The notes beneath the pieces are model-generated. The model was given only the letters and a program-made list of their open reading frames with translations. It ran no database searches and was not told where the DNA came from. Below are positions 1 to 5,566 of a stretch of 9,284 nucleotides of DNA, one piece after another (the stretch's first letter is position 1; every line of letters starts with the position of its first letter). Made by a program: the position numbers and the translations under genes. This stretch comes from a virus (Duplodnaviria > Heunggongvirae > Uroviricota > Caudoviricetes): the IMG/VR virus record IMGVR_UViG_2671180524_000015; one strand, written 5' to 3'.

Positions 1-182
1 ACAGCGCAGGCTGATTACGCAGTACCTGTTCGATCTTCGCTTTCTCGGATGCCTCACATTCACCATCTGCACAGGCCACCAGGTATGCGGCGTTAATCAC
101 CACCTGTGCCAGATCGCGTTTTTCAAACTTTTTAATTTCCGTTGCCGCTCTGCGGGCTTTTTTTACCAAAAATACCAAACAT
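1..182 (-). pseudogene. Second, variant copy of the TerB-like gene 5' end plus leader; reading frame breaks after about 6 codons
   Basis: Positions 1-237 align with 448-684 with scattered substitutions. The ATG at 182-180 opens MFGIFGKKSPQSGNGN then stops, because this copy has one extra base near codons 6-9; the +1 frame resumes ..KKARRAATEIKKFEKRDLAQVVINAAYLVACADGE... Could be a sequencing error or a genuine disrupted paralog. Confidence 0.3.
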
Positions 183-287
183 CGTGACGTTCCTTTGGGT
201 GGGTGAGCCAACGCCCGGGAGCGATCTGCCCACAGAGNNNNNNNNNNNNNNNNNNNNNNNNNNNNNNNNNNNNNNNNNNNNNNNNNN

Positions 288-629
288 CGCAATGGCCACC
301 GCCACATCCAGCACATCTTCCGCTTCACGCGTATCGTGTTTCACATCCTCAATCTCGCGTAACGCGGCACGACGACCAATTTTAAAATTGGTATCCAGCT
401 GACCGATAATAGTTGCGCTAATCGCATTAATTTCCGAGGTAAACGCAGACAACGCAGGCTGATTACGTAAGACCTGTTCGATCTTCGCTTTCTCGGATGC
501 CTCGCATTCACCATCTGCATAGGCCACCAGGTATGCAGCGTTAATCACCGCCTGTGCCAGATCGCGTTTCTCAAACTTTTTAATTTCCGCTGCCGCTCTG
601 CGGGTTTTCTTTTTGAAGATTCCAAACAT
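288..629 (-). CDS. TerB-domain-like protein, 3' end lost in N-gap
   Basis: ATG at 629-627 with AAGGAA Shine-Dalgarno about 8 nt upstream. 114 codons read to the gap edge: MFGIFKKKTRRAAAEIKKFEKRDLAQAVINAAYLVAYADGECEASEKAKIEQVLRNQPALSAF...DVLDVAVAIA. The spacing of A.ADG..S..EK.KI and the second ..VA.A stretch matches my memory of the tellurite-resistance TerB domain fold pattern. Confidence 0.55.
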
Positions 630-761
630 CGTGACGTTCCTTTGGGTGGGTGAGCCAACGCCCGGGAGCGATCTGCCCACAGAGAAAGTCACACTGACCA
701 CTCCGTAAGCTCACCCCCGAAAGGCTCTGTGGTTGATATGCGCCGGGCGTGGCGCAGATAC

Positions 762-786
762 AAAAAAGGCCCGCCGAAGCGAGCCT
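762..786 (-). terminator. Rho-independent terminator downstream of tRNA-Arg(UCU)
   Basis: Minus strand reads GGCTCGC-TTCG-GCGGGCC followed by TTTTTT (7-bp stem with one G-U pair, UUCG tetraloop). Equivalent hairpins follow the other two copies near 1062-1086 and 1322-1346. Confidence 0.5.
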
Positions 787-798
787 GGAAAATAAGTG

Positions 799-875
799 TG
801 GCGCGTTGTAGTGGAGTCGAACCACTGACCGATTGCTTAGAAGGCAATTGCTCTGTCCGGCTGAGCTAACAACGC
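799..875 (-). tRNA. argO: tRNA-Arg (anticodon UCU), phage-type
   Basis: Reverse complement folds as a 77-nt cloverleaf: acceptor GCGTTGT/ACAACGC, D stem GCTC/GAGC with GG in the loop, anticodon stem ATTGC/GCAAT with loop CTTCTAA, T arm AGTGG-TTCGACT-CCACT, discriminator G, encoded CCA. Symbol is by analogy with the ileZ-argN-argO cluster of Stx phages. Confidence 0.75.
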
Positions 876-1095
876 AGAATACCGATAANNNNNNNNNNNN
901 NNNNNNNNNNNNNNNNNNNNNNNNNNNNNNNNNNNNNNTTGGGTGGGTGAGCCAACGCCCGGGAGCGATCTGCCCACAGAGAAAGTCACACTGACCACTC
1001 CATAAGCTCCCCCCGAAAGGCTCTGTGGTTGGTATGCGCCGGGCGTGGTGCGGATACAAAAAAGGTCCGCAAAAGCGAGCGAGGGAAAATAAGTG

Positions 1096-1172
1096 TGGTG
1101 CGTTGTACTGGGTTCGAACCAGTGACCGATTGCTTAGAAGGCAATTGCTCTGTCCGGCTGAGCTAAAAACGC
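1096..1172 (-). tRNA. argO: tRNA-Arg (UCU), variant copy
   Basis: Same fold and anticodon loop as 799-875, but with T at position 6 opposite C67, T stem ACTGG/CCAGT, T loop TTCGAAC and discriminator A. Confidence 0.65.
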
Positions 1173-1185
1173 AGAATACCGATAA

Positions 1186-1219
1186 TGGACCGCCATCGGA
1201 GACTCGAACCCCGCGAAAC
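1186..1219 (-). tRNA. argN: tRNA-Arg (UCG) 3' portion, truncated by N-gap
   Basis: Identical to the 3' part of the complete copy at 1446-1522 (TGGACCGCCATCGGAGACTCGAACCCCGCGAAAC on the plus strand) and runs into the gap at 1220. Confidence 0.45.
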
Positions 1220-1355
1220 NNNNNNNNNNNNNNNNNNNNNNNNNNNNNNNNNNNNNNNNNNNNNNNNNNCCCCCCGAAAGGCTCTGTGGTTGGTATGTGC
1301 CGGGCGTGGCGCAGATACAAAAAAGGCCCGCAAAAGCGAGCCGGGAAAATAAGTG

Positions 1356-1432
1356 TGGCGCGTTGTACTGGAGTCGAACCAGTGACCGATTGCTTAGAAG
1401 GCAATTGCTCTGTCCTGCTGAGCTAAAAACGC
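1356..1432 (-). tRNA. argO: tRNA-Arg (UCU), variant copy
   Basis: 77-nt cloverleaf with anticodon loop CTTCTAA, T stem ACTGG/CCAGT, T loop TTCGACT, discriminator G and CCA; T at position 6 as in the 1096-1172 copy. Confidence 0.7.
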
Positions 1433-1445
1433 AGAATACCGATAA

Positions 1446-1522
1446 TGGACCGCCATCGGAGACTCGAACCCCGCGAAACCAGCTTCGAAGGCTGGCGTTC
1501 TATCCCGATGAGCTAATGGCGG
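1446..1522 (-). tRNA. argN: tRNA-Arg (anticodon UCG by my fold)
   Basis: Reverse complement CCGCCATTAGCTCATCGGGATAGAACGCCAGCCTTCGAAGCTGGTTTCGCGGGGTTCGAGTCTCCGATGGCGGTCCA. Acceptor CCGCCAT/ATGGCGG, anticodon stem CCAGC/GCTGG with loop CTTCGAA, T arm CGGGG-TTCGAGT-CTCCG, CCA encoded. The D stem has one non-canonical pair in my fold. Confidence 0.7.
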
Positions 1523-1529
1523 TATGTGA

Positions 1530-1605
1530 TGGTGGCCCTTGCTGGATTTGAACCAGCGGCCTGGCGATTATGAGTCGCTCGCTCTCACCACTGAGCTAAA
1601 GGGCC
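1530..1605 (-). tRNA. ileZ: tRNA-Ile2-like (anticodon CAU, lysidine type)
   Basis: Reverse complement GGCCCTTTAGCTCAGTGGTGAGAGCGAGCGACTCATAATCGCCAGGCCGCTGGTTCAAATCCAGCAAGGGCCACCA. Anticodon loop CTCATAA; closely resembles my recollection of E. coli ileX rather than an initiator or elongator Met tRNA. Confidence 0.75.
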
Positions 1606-1608
1606 GGG

Positions 1609-1643
1609 CGCAGGATAATAACGTTACGAAATCAATGTTGCAA
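1609..1643 (-). promoter_or_regulatory. Sigma70-like promoter directly upstream of the tRNA cluster
   Basis: Minus strand TTGCAA (plus 1638-1643), 17-bp spacer, TATTAT (plus 1615-1620), then a GC-rich discriminator CCTGCGCCCGGCCC running into the tRNA-Ile 5' end. Confidence 0.45.
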
Positions 1644-1725
1644 GCATTCAAGAATCACCTGGTTAAAAATTACCCTTGCTTCCTCCACCAGCGCATTCAC
1701 CATGTCTATCCGAGATAAGTGGCAC

Positions 1726-1750
1726 AAAAAAACCCGCTTGTGGGCGGGTT
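1726..1750 (-). terminator. tR'-like intrinsic terminator downstream of Q
   Basis: Minus strand AACCCGC-CCACAA-GCGGGTT followed by seven T. The plus strand also has a T-rich tail after the same stem, so it may terminate in both directions. Confidence 0.6.
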
Positions 1751-1797
1751 TTGTTTGCTTTTGCCATCACGTACAAAATCGGCAAAATATCAGATTT

Positions 1798-1832
1798 GCA
1801 TGAAATATATGCCTTTCAATCTACTTTTGCAA
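1798..1832 (-). promoter_or_regulatory. pR'-like late promoter overlapping the Q stop codon
   Basis: Minus strand TTGCAA (plus 1827-1832), 17-bp spacer, TATATT (plus 1804-1809). Predicted start lies about 70 nt upstream of the terminator at 1726-1750, the arrangement expected for a Q-modified late promoter. Confidence 0.45.
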
Positions 1833-2505
1833 CACTTTGCTTTGAAAATGCCGCCTTTTGTTTTGAACGCGTTCTCATTACAAACAATAAAGCCTCACTA
1901 TCCAGTCGGTGAAAAATGTGTTTCATTGCAACCCAGTGACGAGTAAATGTTTTGGACCAGTTTTTAGTTGTCACTCCCACCAGTAATGCCAGCTCCTTGT
2001 ATTCATAACCTTCCCCACCAAAAAGTTCTGCTTTTACTGCCTGCGCCGCCAGCCAGATTAATTTTTTCAGGCGTTCCTGCGTTTTCCCTGCAATTTTTCT
2101 GGTACCGGATTGAGTATTAAATTCATTCCACGCCCACTGTGTTATCGCGATCTGATATTCCCAACAAATACTCCCGCTGTAACACCACAACAACCAGGCT
2201 TTATGATGTTCTTCAAGAGACAGAACAGCCCGCCGCCACGATGATGTCGAAAACTCAACCGGACTGACCAGAGGAATTGACGTCACCTTCGCCAGCGATT
2301 GCTTTCCCGGGATTGGTGGATTATCCCGCGTTATCATTTTTCCAGTCACTTCATCGCGGTACCGGATTTTTTTTCGCCTGTAACGCCCTGTATCGAACAT
2401 GGCATTCTCCTGCCAGGCTTCAAGCTGACCTTTTGTTGCCCCACTCAAATCAGCGGTGGCGATAATGAGCTGCTCACGCACAAACTGTAAATAGTGGTTA
2501 TTCAT
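1816..2505 (-). CDS. Late-gene antiterminator Q-like protein (assigned by position)
   Basis: ATG at 2505-2503 overlaps the rusA stop as ATGA (the ORF track starts 6 nt upstream at GTG 2511). 229 aa beginning MNNHYLQFVREQ. Lies between rusA and the pR'/tR' pair in the same order as ydfU-quuQ in Qin-like prophages. I do not recognise the sequence itself. Confidence 0.55.
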   Translation of the reverse strand: MNNHYLQFVREQLIIATADLSGATKGQLEAWQENAMFDTGRYRRKKIRYRDEVTGKMITRDNPPIPGKQSLAKVTSIPLVSPVEFSTSSWRRAVLSLEEHHKAWLLWCYSGSICWEYQIAITQWAWNEFNTQSGTRKIAGKTQERLKKLIWLAAQAVKAELFGGEGYEYKELALLVGVTTKNWSKTFTRHWVAMKHIFHRLDSEALLFVMRTRSKQKAAFSKQSVAKVD

Positions 2506-2893
2506 GCGCACTCCAGTTCTGTGATTTTTATCCCCAGCCGCTCACCAGGAACGAGCTGACCGCGCACAATATTGATTTCATCAAACTGCTCNNNNNNNNN
2601 NNNNNNNNNNNNNNNNNNNNNNNNNNNNNNNNNNNNNNNNNATATTGATTTCATCAAACTGCTCATCGTCCATTAGCAACCCCGCATGCGTCAGCGCATC
2701 CAGCGGCGCTTTCAGAATATTGTCCAGGTCACGGCGGCGCTTATCCGGTGGCTCGGCAATAATCTTTATCGCCAGCCTTCCGGACAGGCTTAATTTCAGC
2801 CGCTGCTGGCGAACAATAAGCGCCACAGCCCGGCGATAACGNNNNNNNNNNNNNNNNNNNNNNNNNNNNNNNNNNNNNNNNNNNNNNNNNNNN
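2502..2893 (-). CDS. rusA: Holliday-junction resolvase RusA; N-terminus and start codon fall in N-gap 2842-2893, second gap 2592-2641 inside
   Basis: Translation ..RYRRAVALIVRQQRLKLSLSGRLAIKIIAEPPDKRRRDLDNILKAPLDALTHAGLLMDDEQFDEINIVRGQLVPGERLGIKITELECA aligns along its length with my memory of E. coli RusA (..[39 protein letters not shown]). An AAGAGGTG Shine-Dalgarno at 2896-2903 places the start just inside the gap. Confidence 0.7.
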
Positions 2894-2905
2894 CAGTCAC
2901 CTCTT

Positions 2906-3955
2906 TTACCCGAGCACGCCAGTCGCAAAGGCGTGATCAAGAAAACGAAAAATTAACTCAATCTGAGAGCCGTACTTTTTCTCAAACTCCAGCGGGTCTG
3001 CATGAAGTTCGTTGTGGTGCTCCCGGCACAACGGTAGCGTGAAAATATCGTGGGCCTTTGTCCCCATTCCCCCCTGACCATGACCAATCAGGTGATGCGG
3101 ATCGTCAGCAGGCTTACCACAACACGCACACGGCTGTGTCTTTACCCAGCGCGTGTATTTCTCATTAACCCAGCGGCAACGTTTAGGCCGCCTCATGAAC
3201 GATTCAGGAGACTCCGGATCAACGGCGATACTGACAACCGTTTTTTTCTGTGGTGGATTTTGTTGCTGGTGGACGTGAAGTGGCAGCGCAATATTTTTTG
3301 TGCGCTGCTTCAGTATGCTGATGGCTGTCTGTTCTCCCGGTACGATGTCACTCTCACGGTATACGGAGCGGATTTTTTCCGCTGGTAATCCCAGCGAACG
3401 ACGCGCTACTGCCTCAGGTAGTGCATCCACCACCTGATTGCAGGCCGCCCACCAGGATAATTCAGCCAGCGATAATTCACGCTCCTGTGTGCCATTCATT
3501 GCGTGACGAATGACGTCAATCATCCATGCTGACAGGTTTTGGTGAGCAAGTTGCTCAAGTGATTCGGAGGTCTGGTCACGCAACTGGTTGTCGCAGTGCC
3601 AGCACAACACCATTGCGCCGGTACCATAACGGTGAATGACGGTTTCACTGTGGTGATAATCGCCGTGTGGCCACTGGCAGGATTTAACATGGCGCAGTAA
3701 CCAGTCAGACAGTGCGCCAGCGCCACCAGCAGCACGAATCACTCGTTCGTCGCTGAAAAATGGCAGTAATGATTTATCCTCCGCCAGCGGCTGGCGAACG
3801 GCAGGAACGACCCCGGACGGCAGATTACGCATGCTTTTCGGTTCCGGCTCCACCAGTACCCGGGTATTGTGGAATACCGGCATGGATTCACGGCCCGGCT
3901 TAACGATCACCAGCCCGAGTTCCGGTACCAGAACAGGTCGAAGTAATACCCGCAC
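2906..3955 (-). CDS. ydfU: DUF968-type prophage protein with C-terminal HNH-like motif (YdfU-like)
   Basis: GTG start at 3955 with GGAGGT Shine-Dalgarno 4 nt upstream, lying inside the end of the upstream gene. 349 aa, same length as I recall for K-12 YdfU. C-terminus ..CACCGKPADDPHHLIGHGQGGMGTKAHDIFTLPLCREHHNELH is a Cys/His HNH-like signature. Order rem-ydfU-Q matches Qin. Confidence 0.6.
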   Translation of the reverse strand: MRVLLRPVLVPELGLVIVKPGRESMPVFHNTRVLVEPEPKSMRNLPSGVVPAVRQPLAEDKSLLPFFSDERVIRAAGGAGALSDWLLRHVKSCQWPHGDYHHSETVIHRYGTGAMVLCWHCDNQLRDQTSESLEQLAHQNLSAWMIDVIRHAMNGTQERELSLAELSWWAACNQVVDALPEAVARRSLGLPAEKIRSVYRESDIVPGEQTAISILKQRTKNIALPLHVHQQQNPPQKKTVVSIAVDPESPESFMRRPKRCRWVNEKYTRWVKTQPCACCGKPADDPHHLIGHGQGGMGTKAHDIFTLPLCREHHNELHADPLEFEKKYGSQIELIFRFLDHAFATGVLG

Positions 3956-3956
3956 G

Positions 3957-4235
3957 TTACCTCCAGATGCGTTGCTGGAATGTGCGGGACGGACGCGGTG
4001 GGCGTTCGGAGTAAGGAAGCCTGACGGAGATTATCCAGTGACGATAATCGAGACTGAGGGCTTTCTTAACCTCGTATCCGCGCCTGCGGTAACACTGAAT
4101 CAGCCATTCAGCCTGTTCTTCGGTGCAGGGGTCGTGCTGATACCAGTCAGATTTGAATGCATGAGAACGCCGCCCGTGCCTGCTGGCAGGGGCGGCAGAG
4201 TTATCCGAATTGTAAAATTTGGTATCGTGCGCCAT
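3957..4235 (-). CDS. Rem-like small prophage protein (by synteny), 92 aa
   Basis: ATG at 4235-4233, MAHDTKFYNSDNSAAPASRHGRR...QQRIWR. The longer ORF-track start (GTG 4364) is rejected because the terminator at 4306-4334 lies inside that extension. Sits between hokD and ydfU as rem does in Qin; sequence not recognised. Confidence 0.45.
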   Translation of the reverse strand: MAHDTKFYNSDNSAAPASRHGRRSHAFKSDWYQHDPCTEEQAEWLIQCYRRRGYEVKKALSLDYRHWIISVRLPYSERPPRPSRTFQQRIWR

Positions 4236-4305
4236 CTGTTTTCTCTGCTGGCGCAGCAGGTGCCAGTTGTTCAGGCTGACGGATGGATTGTAAACCAGAA
4301 CGACC

Positions 4306-4334
4306 AGAAAAAACAAAACCCGCCGAAGCGGGTT
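4306..4334 (-). terminator. Intrinsic terminator between hok and the rem-like gene
   Basis: Minus strand AACCCGC-TTCG-GCGGGTT followed by TTGTTTTTT (7-bp stem, UUCG tetraloop). Confidence 0.6.
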
Positions 4335-4402
4335 AAGTGCGGGTGCGTTGAGGATGCCTGACACATCAGCGGTGGCGAGGGATTTCTCCCCCGCCTGGTC
4401 TC

Positions 4403-4545
4403 TTACTCCTCAGGTTCGTAAGCTGTGAAGACANNNNNNNNNNNNNNNNNNNNNNNNNNNNNNNNNNNNNNNNNNNNNNNNNNGTCACTATGACGGTTAA
4501 ACAGATGACGATCAGGGCGATTAACATCGCCTTTTGCTGCTTCAT
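4403..4545 (-). CDS. hokD: Hok-family type I toxin (HokD/RelF-like), interrupted by N-gap 4434-4483
   Basis: AAGGAG Shine-Dalgarno then ATG at 4545-4543. N-terminus MKQQKAMLIALIVICLTVIV; after the gap the frame ends ..VFTAYEPEE with TAA at 4405-4403. Both ends match my memory of the 51-aa HokD. Confidence 0.8.
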
Positions 4546-4666
4546 AACCTGCTTCTCCTTGCCTTTCGGCGCGTAAGAGGCTAACCTACGTTTGTGAAGC
4601 ATAGATTGGGCCTCAGATTAATGTTAAGCGTCTTGCAGGACGCGTAATGTTAACTGGGGCTTTTCT

Positions 4667-4702
4667 CTGTCTGCCTTACGGTGGCATGCCCGAGGCAGAC
4701 AG
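4667..4702. repeat. Perfect 10-bp inverted repeat with 16-bp spacer containing an 8-bp palindrome
   Basis: CTGTCTGCCT (4667-4676), spacer TACGGTGGCATGCCCG with GGCATGCC inside, AGGCAGACAG (4693-4702). Confidence 0.5.
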
Positions 4703-4762
4703 CCTCAAGCACCCGCAGCAATTCTACTTAACTCTCGCTTTACAGCAAACCGTTTTGCCCGA

Positions 4763-4778
4763 TATGGGAATTCCCATA
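4763..4778. repeat. Perfect 16-bp palindrome TATGGGAATTCCCATA
   Basis: Self-complementary over all 16 positions; lies about 11 nt downstream of the stop of the 34-aa peptide gene. Confidence 0.5.
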
Positions 4779-4788
4779 CGGAATGAAT

Positions 4789-4893
4789 TCAGTTCCCCAG
4801 GCGCTCCATCAAAAACACAACCAGGCAGTAAACACCCACAACAGCAATAACAGCCAGAGCGCCTTCCATTACCAGTGAAATATCATCCGACAT
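4789..4893 (-). CDS. 34-aa hydrophobic (single predicted transmembrane helix) peptide
   Basis: Strong AAGGGAGGG Shine-Dalgarno 4 nt before the ATG at 4893-4891; MSDDISLVMEGALAVIAVVGVYCLVVFLMERLGN, stop TGA at 4791-4789. Below the ORF-track size cutoff. Not recognised. Confidence 0.5.
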   Translation of the reverse strand: MSDDISLVMEGALAVIAVVGVYCLVVFLMERLGN

Positions 4894-5002
4894 ATTCCCT
4901 CCCTTGGTGTGAATCCCGGCGAACGTTTTTACCCCCACCGACAAATAACATATACTAGAAAAGCAATAGCTATAGCAACGCCTGCAAATGCATCTGGCCG
5001 GC

Positions 5003-5566
5003 TCATTGGTTCTCCCCCTGTGTCGCTTCTACTGCGATCTGACTGGCGTATTCGTTAATGGTAACGATAAGTTCTTGCTCGGCCTCATCCAGACAACTAC
5101 CGATACCTCGCCTGTCCACTTCAGAAGCATCGAAATCTGCACGAAGCCTGGCGACCTTCAGGATTGCGGACAACACCTCATCAGGGATTGCCGGAGAGTT
5201 GGTTGACGTTTCCGAGATTATCCGAAAATTATTGGTTGACGAACCCTTATTTTCCCGAAAGTTTCCAGCCTGAAGCATGGCGGCGCGGTGACACCAGATA
5301 ATCCAGCCAAGCGCCATATCCCATGCCATGTATTCTCTATCGCCATTTTTTGCTCTGCGGCGATCTACAGATTCCCCGAAACGCTTCTCCATAAATAATT
5401 CATAGGCTGCCCGTTCATCCGATACTGATGCCAGTGATGCCAGTGCAATTTTTAATGCGGTAAGCATGTTGTTTTGATCTTCATCGAGTCCGAACGGTAT
5501 TTCATCCCGTGATGACTCAATTCCGGTAATCGTGTTCTGTAGCCATTCTTTGGTTAATTCAGTCAT
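5003..5566 (-). CDS. Hypothetical protein, 187 aa
   Basis: Long ORF from ATG 5566-5564 (MTELTKEWLQNTITGIESSRDE...) to stop 5005-5003. Weak Shine-Dalgarno; preceded by a 126-nt AT-rich intergenic region. No family recognised. Confidence 0.6.
   Translation of the reverse strand: MTELTKEWLQNTITGIESSRDEIPFGLDEDQNNMLTALKIALASLASVSDERAAYELFMEKRFGESVDRRRAKNGDREYMAWDMALGWIIWCHRAAMLQAGNFRENKGSSTNNFRIISETSTNSPAIPDEVLSAILKVARLRADFDASEVDRRGIGSCLDEAEQELIVTINEYASQIAVEATQGENQ

Noticed and set aside
132-701. 189-aa minus-strand ORF spanning the N-gap, as listed in the ORF track
   Set aside because: It is a composite: it reads from the leader of one TerB-like copy through 50 N into a second copy. The real start is the ATG at 629 with a ribosome-binding site; the upstream MVSVTFSV... 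part is untranslated leader.
1-760. Shiga toxin stxA/stxB downstream of the tRNA cluster
   Set aside because: Looked for them because the Q/tRNA architecture matches Stx phages. The only gene present is TerB-like, with no A- or B-subunit-like ORF in the window.
580-1404. 274-aa minus-strand ORF and 133-aa plus-strand ORF over the tRNA region
   Set aside because: They run through tRNA genes, terminators and two N-gaps; the translations are repetitive because they read repeated tRNA/leader copies. Not coding.
799-1605. tRNA genes as a prophage integration site (attachment-site remnant)
   Set aside because: They lie inside the late operon between the Q-like gene and a cargo gene, with their own promoter, and no integrase is nearby; they are phage-encoded tRNAs.
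3831-4361. 176-aa plus-strand ORF
   Set aside because: Lies antisense to the ydfU-like and rem-like genes, has low-complexity Ser/Thr/Gly/Arg-rich translation and no ribosome-binding site; treated as a shadow ORF.
4366-4602. N-terminally extended 78-aa Hok ORF
   Set aside because: The strong AAGGAG site sits directly before the internal ATG at 4545, and that start gives the canonical Hok N-terminus. The extension is kept only as a possible leader and is discussed in the findings.
4647-4850. 67-aa plus-strand ORF
   Set aside because: Overlaps the 34-aa peptide gene and the palindrome region on the opposite strand, has no ribosome-binding site and a Gln/Pro-rich tail.
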